Positions 13,360-25,657 of a stretch of 64,000 bases of DNA are shown in pieces (positions within the stretch are counted from its first letter, which is position 1; each line of letters opens with the position of its first letter). The position numbers were made by a program, and so were the translations under genes. Source of the stretch: Mobula hypostoma (lineage: Eukaryota). The notes below the pieces were generated by a model, which was not told the DNA's origin, did not search any database, and worked only from the letters and a program-made list of their open reading frames with translations. The DNA lies in the NCBI RefSeq assembly GCF_963921235.1, contig NC_086101.1:2108001-2172000 (forward strand), read 5' to 3'.

Positions 13360-13620
13360 CGTCAACAACTAAATTGAATGTTTCTTTTTCAACGACACTA
13401 TTATTTCTTGCAATGCAGGTAAATAATCCGCAATCATCATAGTCAGCATCGGGAATATACAAGCTGGAATTGTCAGCAGACAGTTTATAAATAGTTGCTA
13501 TGTCGACATCTTCTTTCGTCCATTCAAATCTGCTACCATTCTCTGAAGAAATGCATTTCAGTTCGATCGTTTGGTGCGCTCTGCTGCTATTGTGTGTTAT
13601 TGTAAGTTCAGACCAAACAG
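13360..13620 (-). CDS. Exon 2: single C2/I-set-like Ig domain of unnamed membrane protein
   Basis: Acceptor tttttgctgttttag|, donor |gtgagt; 261 bp, phase 1-1, no stops: AVWSELTITHNSSRAHQTIELKCISSENGSRFEWTKEDVDIATIYKLSADNSSLYIPDADYDDCGLFTCIARNNSVVEKETFNLVVD; canonical C-x10-W...DxGxFxC. Confidence 0.9.
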
Positions 13621-14629
13621 CTAAAACAGCAAAAATCAGTGTTAATCCAACAATTTCACTTGTCTGCTAAAATCTATTGATTTACAACCTTTTTCTCTCA
13701 CTCTCGTGGGAGAATTACTTTTTAGGAAATTCATAACTTGGCTTCTCATTAATTTGCATATTCTAGTCGTCCCTGCCACTGAAAACTGCGTTCACATTTG
13801 GTTCATTTTCACACAGTAAACTTCAGTGGGAATCTCCCTTTACCGGCAGATTGCCTATCTGTAACTCCTGTAGTGGTCATCAATGCTGCCTCTCTCTCTC
13901 CACCAAGCTGCCACATCACACAGTGATGTGGGAGCGGGAAAATTCAAAAACCCGAGGCGCCGAGGGCCTTGTTCATTTGCAGGTTGAATTAGTGCTGGGG
14001 AAGGCAAATACACTGTCAGCACGCAATTCAAGAGGGGTTTGTATAATCTGGCATGCTGCAAGTCCGACTTGTTGATTTACTGACTGAGAGCTGGGGCGGA
14101 TCATGGTATTGAATTATCAGGCGGGAGGTACGGGAGCATTAGGACCCATTACTGGACGGGGCTGCCTGCTTGCAGCCGCCCGGAGCGAGGGGGAGGAAGC
14201 CGCGCCTTTCACTTGTGGCGGTGTGTTCACAACGGCGTTGAAGCTGCCCCTCGCAGGGGTTCGCTCTGGCAGAAGACAGGCTTGCACTCAGGCCTGAAGC
14301 CGCGGGGCCGCTTGCTTTTCAGCTGCCGGAGGAGAGCTGGCAGCTCTGCCGATTCCGCATGGGCTGCAGGGTCTGGACTACATGTTTGTCTGGCTGTGCC
14401 TTTGCACGTGTTTGTATATGTGAGGCCACAGACTTGAGTCGGGCGTTGGGCCGAGGCCTGGGCCTGGGCCTCCAAGCCGGGCGTCCTCACACACGGAACG
14501 GTCAGATGGTTATCAGTGGCCCCCACCCCGGATCGGGCAGGAGGTACGGGACAACACCTGTTCGGATGGGAAGCAGCCTCGCCCCCTCGGGCGCGGCGAG
14601 GGGAGGGCCGGGGGAGATGCCCGCCTCAC

Positions 14630-14693
14630 CTCGGACGACCACCGGGGCCAACAAGCCGAAGGCCCGGAGCCGGGAGGCGGCCAGCAGCGCCAT
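14630..14693 (-). CDS. Exon 1 (leader/signal peptide) of the Ig membrane gene
   Basis: Kozak gacgccATGg; MALLAASRLRAFGLLAPVVVR then phase-1 donor g|gtgagg, compatible with the Ig exon; lies in a CpG island. Confidence 0.75.
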
Positions 14694-14699
14694 GGCGTC

Positions 14700-14860
14700 C
14701 GTCGGCCAGCCGTCACCATGCCAACCGCTGTCGCGGGTCGCCCAATCGGAGCCGACCGCTGCCACGTGACCTCCAGCGCCACCGCCCATTGGAGTGTGGG
14801 CGGAGCTCTTGATTGACAGCTACTGTCCGGCCAATGGAGGGCGCGGGGGGGGCCTCGGCT
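14700..14860 (-). promoter_or_regulatory. CpG-island promoter of the Ig gene (island ~14140-15080)
   Basis: CCAAT 14742, ATTGG 14788, CCAAT 14831, E-box CACGTG 14763, dense CpG. Confidence 0.7.
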
Positions 14861-15374
14861 CTTGCCGGTTTGGGCTCCCGTTACCCGCCCGCTTGCAGGC
14901 GGCTGCTCCGTCCGGATTGAGTCCCGGCCGCCGACGGGTTTCGGCCCGAAGCAAGGCGCTGGGTTCTCACGCCCTTTCGGCGGGGTTGCTCGGTGGGCGA
15001 GCTCCAGCCCATCCAGGCAGGGAGATTGAGGTGTGCCCGAGCGGGGGCCTCTCACTGACGGTCAGCAAGGCCAGGCGGCTGCTTCTAGACTTCAGCAGAG
15101 GCCCATCTCAACAGGAGTAGGCCATTCAGCCCTTCGAGCCAGCACCACCATTCACTGTGATCATGGTTGATCATCCACAATCAGTATCCAGTTCCTGCCT
15201 TATCCCCATAACCTTTGATTCCGCTATCTTTAAGAGCTCTATCCATCTCTTTCTTGAAAGCATCCAGAGACTTGGCCTCCACAGCCTCCTGGGGCAGAGC
15301 ATTCCATATATCCATCACTCTCTGGGTGAAAAAGTTTTTCCTCAATGGCCTTAAACAGAAAATCCTGCAGAAAT

Positions 15375-15855
15375 TAGTGGGTATGACCCACTACATGAAC
15401 ATTGACTTCTCTAACTTCCGCTAATGCCCCACCTCCCCCTCGTACCCCATCTGTTATTTATTTATATACACACATTTTTCCTCTCTCTCTCTCTTTCTCC
15501 CTCTGTCCCTCTGAATATACCCCTTGCCCATCCTCTGGGTTCCCCCCCCCCACCTTGTCTTTCTCCCTGGGCCTCCTGTCCCATGGTCCTCTCACATCCC
15601 TTTTGCCTATCACCTGTCCAGCTCTTGGCTCCATCCCTCCCCCTCCTGTCTTCTCCTGTCATTTTGGATCTCCCCCTCCCCCTCCCACTTTCAAATCTCT
15701 TACTATCTCTTCTTTCAGTTAGTCCTGACGAAGGGTCTCGGCCTGAAACGTCGACTGCACCTCTTCCTAGAGATGCTGCCTGGCCTGCTGCGTTCACCAG
15801 CAACTTTGATGTGTGTTTCTTGAATTTCCAGCATGTGCAGAATTCCTCGTGTTTG
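15375..15855 (+). mobile_element. Penelope-like element 3' end (pseudo-LTR)
   Basis: Pyrimidine-rich tract then cctgacgaagggtctcggcctgaaacgtc...gatgctgcctggcctgctg; the same tail follows the GIY-YIG fragments at 27.0 kb and 60.7 kb. Confidence 0.75.
15721..15756 (+). ncRNA. Minimal type I hammerhead ribozyme motif (Penelope-associated)
   Basis: AGTC-CTGACGA-agggtctcggcct-GAAAC-GTC-GACT: stem I AGTC/GACT, CUGANGA and GAAA core, stem II, GUC cleavage triplet. Confidence 0.75.
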
Positions 15856-16159
15856 TGGGTATGACCCAGCCTGTCACGGGTAAAACCCTCCTCACCATTC
15901 AGCTGAACTGCATGAAACGCTGTTGCAGGAAAACAGCATCCATCATCCGGTACCTCCCACCCCCACCACCATCCAGGCCATACTCCCTTCTCGCAGCTGT
16001 CATCAGGAAGAAGGTACAGGAGCCTCAGGGCTCGGACCACCCCTCAGCCACCAGTCCTTTAAACCACAGTGGACATCTTCACTCAACTTCATTTGCCTCA
16101 TTATTCAACTGTTTCCACAACCAATGGACTCACTTTTGAGGACTTCTCATAGTGCCATA

Positions 16160-17960
16160 ATGAAGTACAGCACAGAAACAGGCCATTTGGCCCAACTAGT
16201 CCATGCAAAAACCTTTTAAACTGCCTCCCCTCAACGACCTGATCAGGGCCATAGTCCTCCATATCCCTACCGTCCACATACCTATCCAAACTTCATTCAA
16301 ACATTGCAATCAAGCTCACATGCACCATTTGTGCTGGCAAATATTCCGCACTCTTACAACCCTCTGACTGAAGAGGTTTCCCCTCATGTTCCCCTTAAAC
16401 TTTTCTCCTTTCACTCTTAAGCCATAACCTCTGGTTGTAGTCCCAGCCAACCTCAGTGGAAAAAGCCTGCTTGCATTTACCCTATCTATACCCCTCATAA
16501 TTTTGTATAACTCTATCAAATCTCCTCTCAATCTTCTATGTACTAAAGAACATGGAAGACCAAACCTATTCAATCTTTCCTTAGACCCAACAGCATCTTT
16601 GTAAATGTTATCTGTACTCTATCAACCTTGTTTACATCTTTCCTGTCAGTAGGTGACAAAAACTGCACATAATACTCCAAATTAGACCTCAATGACATCC
16701 TATACGTAACGTCCCATCTTCTGTACTCGGTCCATTGATTTATGGAGGCTGATGTGTCCAAAGCTTCTTTACGACCCTATCTACCTGTGATGCCACTTTC
16801 AATGATAGTCTTCCTCACTGTCCATGACACCCCCAGTCTTGGTGTCCTCCACAAATTTGCTGATCTAGTTAACCATATCATCGTCCAGATCACTGACTAT
16901 AGTTGACAAACAACTAAGGACCCAGCACTGTGGCACTCCACCAGCCAGAGTCAGAGAGACAACCGTCTACTACTCTCTGGCTTCTCCCACAAAGCCAACG
17001 TCTAATCCAGTTTACTACCTCATCCTGAATGCTGAGAGACTGAACCTACTTGACCAAGCTCCCATGCAGGACCTTGTCAAATGCCTCACTAAAGTCCATG
17101 TAGACAGCATCCACTGCCTTACCTTCATCCACATTCCTGGTAACTTTCTTGAAAAGCTCTATGATCGTTTGGACTTGACCTACCTCGCATGAGGCCATAT
17201 CTGTCTAAGTCCTCATTGTGCATGGAGTGGGTTGCCAGTGGTGGAGGTGGATACGAAAAGGTCTTTTAAGAGACTGCTGGATGGATACACAGAGCTTAGA
17301 AAAATAGAGGGCTATGGGTAAGCCTGGGTAGTTCTAAGGTAAGGACATGTCCAGCACAGCTTTGTGGGCCGAAGGGCCTGTATTGTGCTGTAGGTTTTCT
17401 ATGTTTCCATGTATCTGGTCCCTTATACCTCATGTTCTTGATATTTATTATTGTAAGAGACAAAATTAGTCCTCAGGAAGACCAGAATGGTAATCCATAC
17501 GTGGAACCAAAACAGATGGGGGAGATCTTAAATGGATTTTTTGCATCTGTATTTACTCGGGAGATGGAAACAGAGTCTACAGAAGTGAGGCAAAGCAGCA
17601 TCAACTTCATGGACCCATTACAGATTACAGAACAGGAGGTGTTTGCTGTCTTGAGGCAAATCAGGGTGAATAGATCCCCATGGTCGGACAAAGTGCTCTC
17701 TTGCACCCTGCGAGAAGCAAGTACAGAAATTGCCAGGGCCCGGGCAGAGATATTTAAGCCATCCTCAGAAACAGGTGAGGTACCGGAGGATTAGAGGACA
17801 GCGAATGTTGTTCCGCTGTTTAGGGAAAGCTCTGAAAATAAACCAGGAAATGATGGGCCGGTGAGCCTGATATCAGTAGTGGGGAAGTTATTGGACACGG
17901 ATGGGAGGGGTCTGGTCCTGGTGCAGGCGGTGGTTGAAATGGTTTCAGTTCAGACTAAAG
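16160..17960. mobile_element. CR1 fragments (- 16160-17190; + 17222-17960)
   Basis: RGDLIELYKIMRGIDRVN, LEYYVQF on -; CR1 3' UTR and ILNGFFASVFT on +. Confidence 0.8.
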
Positions 17961-18794
17961 GTGTTGCCCTTTTCTATGATTCTTATTCCTTTTTCCCCAT
18001 TTGTGTTTACACAGTTTGCTGTCTTCTGTACTCCGGTTGAATGCCTAGTTGGTGCAGTTTTTCAATGATTCTGTTATGGTTATTATGCTATAGATTTATT
18101 GAGTAAAAATTAATCTCAGGGTTGTATGTGGTTACATATATGTATTTTGATAATAAAATTTACTTTGAATTTTGGAATTAACTTTGAAAACAACTGCGTA
18201 CTTTGCTCTTCACACTCTTTCTGACAAATGATCACCGCAGGCTCCGGCCTGTGACTTTTCTTTGGACTTGGAGGTGATTTGATGCGGCAGAACTGAGTAA
18301 GGCACCATGACGAAAGATTTGATCAATTTCAGTGCCAGGCCGGGTTGAGACAGAGAAGTGGCAGGGCCCAGGACCCAGAGCAGATTGAAGTGATGTGGTG
18401 TTTGAACAGAGGCCAATCGGTGATCTGAGGCATGAGAAGATATAGCACACTCAGGTTCACTGACTGAGTTCGTAAGGTATTGATTTGCAGCAGATTGGCA
18501 CTTGTACAGCAGCCAATCAGCCATTGGGGTTGATTGGCAAGAACAGATAAAAATAAGGCAGGGACAAGTGGAGTGGCCATTGCTGGAATGGACAATGTTG
18601 AAGTGGTTATTTGAGACTTTAGCTCTTCGAGGCTTGAGCAAGAGAAGGTGAAAAAGCTGTAGGTAGGTTTTTTTTTCCAGTTTATTTATTGTTTCCTACT
18701 TTAGGACAGTAGGGATGCCAGGCAGACATTGCTGTTAGTGTTCGGCCCTTGCCCTGATGATTTTAATCTTGCTGACATTTTAATCTTTACGGAG

Positions 18795-19636
18795 TGTGAC
18801 GAGAATACACACAGATAAGATGTTAGCTGTCCTGTGTGATCAGCAGTTGGTCTGCCACCTGTCTTCAAGAGAGAGATAAGGAACACAATGAAACAGCATC
18901 TGGAGATGTGTAATGAAGGAACGGGGGAGAGAGAGCTGTCTGGAGCGGCTCCCCCTTTGAACCCTGAACTGTTTGAAGTGATGGCAGGCGATACCCCAGC
19001 AGGGGGATAAAAAGGGACAGGTTCGCTAAGGCAGAGACACACGACACCCGAGGTAACGAGACCCTGGAAGCGGTGCGCCTCTCACAAGTCGGTGGGAAGT
19101 ACCGGACAACGCACAGGGTGGAAAGGTATGATCAGCGGGAACCCGGTGTGTGTCCACCCTCGCTTGGGTGCCGGGTTCACTGCAGAGGATCGACCGCATC
19201 TGCAGGAGGGGTCACAGTCGGTGACCTCAGGTGACATCACAAAGGACCCGCCCGAAAGCTGCTTGTGAGCCATCTCGCCGGTCTGTGAGAGGAAGCCGTT
19301 TCTGAATGATCAGTCGTTCCCGTTCTCTCTCTCCCTCCCCCCACGTTGTCCATCGCCATGGCAACGATTACTGCGAACTGAACTAAACCGAACTGGACTT
19401 TTGTGTCACTTTGAAATTGGTCATTTACCCCTAGACAACGATAGAGCTTGATTGATGCTGTTATCTTAATTCTGTGCACATGTGTGTTTATCATTGCTGA
19501 ACTGTTGCATTTATTATCCTTTTGATCACGGTGTTGCTTGTTTCTTTAATAAAACTTTCTTAGTTCTAGTAATCCAGACTCCAACTGAGTGATCCATTTC
19601 TGCTGGTTTGGCAACCCAGTTACGGGGTACGTAACA
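18795..19636 (+). mobile_element. Solo LTR (842 bp, Gypsy-like)
   Basis: TGTGACG...CGTAACA termini, exact GGAG TSD (18791-94 and 19637-40), TATA-like ataaaa ~19007, AATAAA ~19548. Confidence 0.9.
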
Positions 19637-19699
19637 GGAGTAATGGAGCTGGCCACGGGTACTTCATCCTGCTCTCCGTTCTACTTCATCCATCAAGGG

Positions 19700-20575
19700 A
19701 ATGGATGTGGAAGTCGTCCGGAACTACAGATATCCGGGAACTCACCTGGACATTTAACTGGACTGGAATAAAAATCCAGGGTCTCTATACAAGAAGGGAC
19801 AGAGCTGACTGTACTTCCCGAGGGGGCTCCGGTCACTCCACGTCCGCGGTACTCTGCTGCGGATGTTCTTCGACTCAGTGGTGGCCAGCATTCCATTCCA
19901 CGCTGCAGTCTGCCGGGGCAGCAGGGTGAGAGCAGCTGATGCCTAGAAGATCGATACGCTCGTCGGGAAGGCTGGTTCTGTTCTGGGGGTTGTGTCTGAG
20001 GAGAGGACACTGCAGAAGCTACAGGGAATTATGGACAACCCCTCTCACCCCTCCATGACCTATTGGACCAACAGAGGAGCACCTTTAGTGACAGACTGGT
20101 TCCACGAGGGGCACCACCGAACGTCACAGGAGATCCTTTCTCTTTTGTTTGGCGTGTGCGTGTCCATGTCTTTTTCATGGCTTTTTACCAGGCGCGAAGC
20201 GAGAGAGAGACTGTGTGGTGCGCCACTCCTCACGCAGTATTTTTCCCTTTTATTTTACGAGGTCGAGTTGTGATCTTGCCACTCAACCCGGCACAGATGG
20301 AAAGCGTACTCGGGAGCGGACCCGACTGGTTTCGAACCCGGGCACCTCCGCTCCCCGGTCCCAGGAGCACCTATAAGACTCTACAAATCCTCCTCCTCAA
20401 GTATTTAAGTAGATGGTTTCGTTGCACATTTGTATTTTGCACTGTTACTTCTGAATACACACATTGTATTTTTTTCATACCTCAATGCTTATATTTTGCA
20501 TTTTTAAGTATATATCTCTGACCGAACAATCTTGCAACAACAATTTCCTTCAGGATAAATGACGTTTGATCTTAC
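19700..20575 (+). mobile_element. Degenerate Rex1 3' end interrupted by a minus-strand tRNA-derived SINE (~20130-20365)
   Basis: Similar to 52168-52690; the SINE carries a B-box GGTTCGAAACC on the minus strand (~20328-20338). Confidence 0.6.
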
Positions 20576-21659
20576 CTCAGTGAAACAATGTTGTATGCAG
20601 GAAGTGGCAACCCCAGACAACTCCATAATGGGCACTCGCCTCCCCAGCAGTGAGCACAACTTCAAAATGCGATGTCTCGAGAGATGACGCCCATCGGTGA
20701 GGCCCCCGTCACCCAGGGCAGGCCCTCTTCTCACCGCTATGCTGTCGGAGGAGGCACAGGAGCCTGAAGATGGGGCAGCCAGCAAGTGTCGCCAACACAA
20801 CACCGACCCTAACCCGTACACCTTTGGGACGTGGGAGGTCGGTACGAGAGAACCCAGCAGAAACCTGTGCCGTCAGCAGTGCAAAGTGAACCCAATGGTC
20901 GATGTGATACGCTAACCTCTCCCACTGTACTGTCTGAAGTTTCGAAGAATGAAAGGGTATCACAATACAACAAGACAATTCTTACAGTATCTGACAGGCT
21001 CCATGCAGGAAGAACCAGATCACATTTAGGAAATGGGGGAGCAGTTCTTCACTCAGATGGGGGCCTTTTTCTCCTGGGGTGTGAATGCTCAGTCACTGTG
21101 TACTTGTGGGTCCTCAGCAGATCAGCCACAACCAGGGTAGGTGCAGTATTCAGCCAGTTCCTGTCTGCAGGGCCGGGGCCGGGGAAAGGTGGTGCCCGCC
21201 CACAGCACCTGTAAGGGCCGGCCCAGCTCCCTCCGGAAGCAGCACTGTGCTTCCTGTGTCCCGAGGGAGAGGAACTCAGACCTGAGGGAAGTCTACAAGG
21301 GAGGAGGATGGAGACCAGGAAGGAAGGGGAACAATGATGGGGGAAAGGAGGAATGGATAGGAGAGAAGCAAGTTAAAAGATGAAGAAGGAAGACGTGGAG
21401 AGCTGAGGGGGAGGGAGACGAGGAGGAGGGGGGGATCGAGAGGGAAGAGGACACAACAGTAAGAGGGGTAGACGGTGTGTGGGTATGGAAGGGATGTGGA
21501 GGGGGAGTGTCTCTGGCAGAACAGGAGATTCACACCAAGAGCAACACACATAGAAACTGAGCCAGTTCCATAATGGACACTAGCCTCCCCAGCACAGATG
21601 ACATCTTCAATGGGCGAGGCCTCAAAAAGGCAGCATCTGTCATTAAGGACACCCATCAC

Positions 21660-22770
21660 ACTCTGAGAGGCTGGTCAAGGACTACGTCTGCAGCTTGCTG
21701 CCGCCCACACTGGACCCCCTACAATTCACCTACCGACACAATCGATCGACAGACCATGCAATAGCCACAGCTCTACACACGGAACTTACACATCTGGGGA
21801 AGAGGGATGCTTATGTGAGAATGCTGTTCTTGGACAACAGCTCAGCATTCAACACCATAATTCCCTCTAGGATCAACGAGAAGCTCAGAGATCTCGGCCT
21901 TCACCCTGCCTTGTGCAGCTGGATCCTGGACTTCCTGTCAGATCACCTCTGCTCCTCAGGTCTGTGTCCTAAGCCCCTCCTTTGCTCTCTGTATACCCAC
22001 AACTCCAATCTGCGAATTAAATTTGCTGACAACACTACACTGATTGGCCTAATCTCAAATAATAATGGGGCAGCCTACAGAGAAGAAGTCATCACCCTGA
22101 CACAGTGGTGTCAAGAAAACAACCTCTCTCTCAATGTCGCAAAAACAGAGGAGTTGGTTGCGAACTACAGGAAGCATGGAGACGGGTTAACCCCTATTGA
22201 CATCAGTGGATCTGGGGTTGAGAGGGTGAAGTTCCTCGGCAAACACATCACTGAGGATTTGTACATACCAGCTGTGTGGTGAAAAAGGCACAAGTCCTAA
22301 GGACTTTCTACAGGAACACAACTGACAGCATCCTCCTGACTGGCTGCGTCACTGCCTGGTATGGGAACTGTACCCCTCTTAATCGCAAGGCTCTGCGGAG
22401 AGTGGTGCAGACAGCCCAGTGCATCTGTAGATGTGAACTTCCAGGACATTTACAAAGACAGGTGTGTAAAAAGGGCCCGAAGGATCACTAGAGACCTGAG
22501 TCACCCCAACCACAAACTGTTCCAGCTGCTGCCATCTGGGAAACGGTATCACAGCATAAAAGCCAGGACCAACAGGCTCTGGGACAGCTTCTTCCACCAG
22601 GCCATCAGACTCATTAATTCATACTGACACAACTGTATTTCTATGTTACATTGACTGTCGGTTATACATACTATTTATTACAAGTTACTATAAATTGCAC
22701 ATTTAGAGACAAAATGTAAAGATTTTTACTCCTCGTGTATATGCAGGATGTAAGAAGTAAAATCGGTTCT
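21660..22770 (+). mobile_element. Rex1/Babar LINE, truncated and internally deleted
   Basis: [46 protein letters not shown]. Confidence 0.85.
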
Positions 22771-23072
22771 TGTCATTGCCTCCGTCAGGGAGGAGACACA
22801 CACTCAACATTTCAGAAACAGCTTCCTCCCCTCCGCCAGCAGATGTCTGAAAGGAAAGTGAACAGTACTTCAGTATTTTTATTTTGCCCTCTTCTTGCAT
22901 TACTTCAATAATGAGTTGGTATAACTCTACTCACTGTGATTTATAGTTTAAAACGCATCGCAGTGTACTGTATATCTCAGGACACACGCCAGTGAACCGC
23001 AGCACAGAAACGCACAGGAGCTGCGGGGCTTCTCAGAGGTCTCCGCCCGGAACTGCCACTGTCTACCCCGCT

Positions 23073-25528
23073 CCGGATAAACGCCGACTTCACTCCGAGC
23101 GCCCGCCGCTCCGGATAAACGCCGACTTCACTCCGAGCGCCCGCCGCCCCGGATAAACGCCGACTTCACTCCGAGCGCCCGCCGCCCCGGATAAACGCCG
23201 ACTTCACTCCGAGCGCCCGCCGCTCCGGATAAACCCCGACTTCACTCCGAGCGCCCGCCGCTCCGGATAAACCCCGACTTCACTCCGAGCGCCCGCCGCC
23301 CCGGATAAACGCCGACTTCACTCCGAGCGCCCGCCGCTCCGGATAAACGCCGACTTCACTCCGAGCGCCCGCCGCTCCGGATAAACCCCGACTTCACTCC
23401 GAGCGCCCGCCGCCCCGGATAAACGCCGACTTCACTCCGAGCGCCCGCCGCCCCGGATAAACGCCGACTTCACTCCGAGCGCCCGCCGCCCCGGATAAAC
23501 GCCGACTTCACTCCGAGCGCCCGCCGCTCCGGATAAACGCCGACTTCACTCCGAGCGCCCGCCGCTCCGGATAAACCCCGACTTCACTCCGAGCGCCCGC
23601 CGCCCCGGATAAACGCCGACTTCACTCCGAGCGCCCGCCGCCCCGGATAAACGCCGACTTCACTCCGAGCGCCCGCCGCCCCGGATAAACGCCGACTTCA
23701 CTCCGAGCGCCCGCCGCTCCGGATAAACGCCGACTTCACTCCGAGCGCCCGCCGCTCCGGATAAACCCCGACTTCACTCCGAGCGCCCGCCGCCCCGGAT
23801 AAACGCCGACTTCACTCCGAGCGCCCGCCGCTCCGGATAAACCCCGACTTCACTCCGAGCGCCCGCCGCCCCGGATAAACGCCGACTTCACTCCGAGCGC
23901 CCGCCGCTCCGGATAAACGCCGACTTCACTCCGAGCGCCCGCCGCTCCGGATAAACGCCGACTTCACTCCGAGCGCCCGCCGCTCCGGATAAACGCCGAC
24001 TTCACTCCGAGCGCCCGCCGCTCCGGATAAACGCCGACTTCACTCCGAGCGCCCGCCGCCCCGGATAAACGCCGACTTCACTCCGAGCGCCCGCCGCCCC
24101 GGATAAACGCCGACTTCACTCCGAGCGCCCGCCGCTCCGGATAAACGCCGACTTCACTCCGAGCGCCCGCCGCTCCGGATAAACCCCGACTTCACTCCGA
24201 GCGCCCGCCGCCCCGGATAAACGCCGACTTCACTCCGAGCGCCCGCCGCTCCGGATAAACGCCGACTTCACTCCGAGCGCCCGCCGCCCCGGATAAACGC
24301 CGACTTCACTCCGAGCGCCCGCCGCTCCGGATAAACGCCGACTTCACTCCGAGCGCCCGCCGCTCCGGATAAACGCCGACTTCACTCCGAGCGCCCGCCG
24401 CTCCGGATAAACGCCGACTTCACTCCGAGCGCCCGCCGCTCCGGATAAACGCCGACTTCACTCCGAGCGCCCGCCGCCCCGGATAAACGCCGACTTCACT
24501 CCGAGCGCCCGCCGCCCCGGATAAACGCCGACTTCACTCCGAGCGCCCGCCGCTCCGGATAAACGCCGACTTCACTCCGAGCGCCCGCCGCTCCGGATAA
24601 ACGCCGACTTCACTCCGAGCGCCCGCCGCTCCGGATAAACGCCGACTTCACTCCGAGCGCCCGCCGCCCCGGATAAACGCCGACTTCACTCCGAGCGCCC
24701 GCCGCTCCGGATAAACGCCGACTTCACTCCGAGCGCCCGCCGCTCCGGATAAACGCCGACTTCACTCCGAGCGCCCGCCGCCCCGGATAAACGCCGACTT
24801 CACTCCGAGCGCCCGCCGCCCCGGATAAACGCCGACTTCACTCCGAGCGCCCGCCGCTCCGGATAAACCCCGACTTCACTCCGAGCGCCCGCCGCTCCGG
24901 ATAAACGCCGACTTCACTCCGAGCGCCCGCCGCTCCGGATAAACCCCGACTTCACTCCGAGCGCCCGCCGCTCCGGATAAACGCCGACTTCACTCCGAGC
25001 GCCCGCCGCCCCGGATAAACGCCGACTTCACTCCGAGCGCCCGCCGCCCCGGATAAACGCCGACTTCACTCCGAGCGCCCGCCGCCCCGGATAAACGCCG
25101 ACTTCACTCCGAGCGCCCGCCGCTCCGGATAAACCCCGACTTCACTCCGAGCGCCCGCCGCCCCGGATAAACGCCGACTTCACTCCGAGCGCCCGCCGCT
25201 CCGGATAAACGCCGACTTCACTCCGAGCGCCCGCCGCTCCGGATAAACGCCGACTTCACTCCGAGCGCCCGCCGCTCCGGATAAACGCCGACTTCACTCC
25301 GAGCGCCCGCCGCTCCGGATAAACGCCGACTTCACTCCGAGCGCCCGCCGCTCCGGATAAACCCCGACTTCACTCCGAGCGCCCGCCGCCCCGGATAAAC
25401 GCCGACTTCACTCCGAGCGCCCGCCGCCCCGGATAAACGCCGACTTCACTCCGAGCGCCCGCCGCCCCGGATAAACGCCGACTTCACTCCGAGCGCCCGC
25501 CGCCCCGGATAAACGCCGACTTCACTCC
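23073..25528. repeat. 38-bp CpG-rich minisatellite, about 64 units (CCGGATAAAC[G/C]CCGACTTCACTCCGAGCGCCCGCCGC[T/C])
   Basis: Direct periodicity (23073, 23111, ...); only two variable positions seen. Confidence 0.98.
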
Positions 25529-25539
25529 GGAGCGGCAGC

Positions 25540-25657
25540 CTCGGCGGATCGCCCCCGCTTTCCCATTGCACCCGCCCCCGGATCGCCATTGGCTGCTTGC
25601 CGATAATTGACAGCGTGAACTGCAACGACATATCCGGTGGGAGAGCGTGCAGCAAAC
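25540..25657. promoter_or_regulatory. C11orf98 core promoter / 5' UTR
   Basis: GC box CCCGCCCC 25571, ATTGG 25588, CpG-rich, immediately upstream of the ATG. Confidence 0.65.

Noticed and set aside
14630-14693. Mitochondrial targeting exon of CSKMT/METTL12 or similar
   Set aside because: The Arg/Ala/Leu-rich leader is compatible, but no such downstream exons were seen, and the phase-matched Ig exon 1 kb away completes a plausible signal peptide. Not fully excluded.
20300-20365. tRNA gene (B box GGTTCGAAACC on the minus strand)
   Set aside because: No full cloverleaf; it continues into a SINE body inserted in Rex1.
21050-21208. Minus-strand coding exon (CCGRAPPFPGPGPADRNWLNTAP...)
   Set aside because: No recognisable homology and no upstream coding exon found; kept only as a possible non-coding exon.
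23073-25528. CRISPR array (also considered for 6650-12895 and 43359-44181)
   Set aside because: Head-to-tail units with no unique spacers, no cas genes, vertebrate context.
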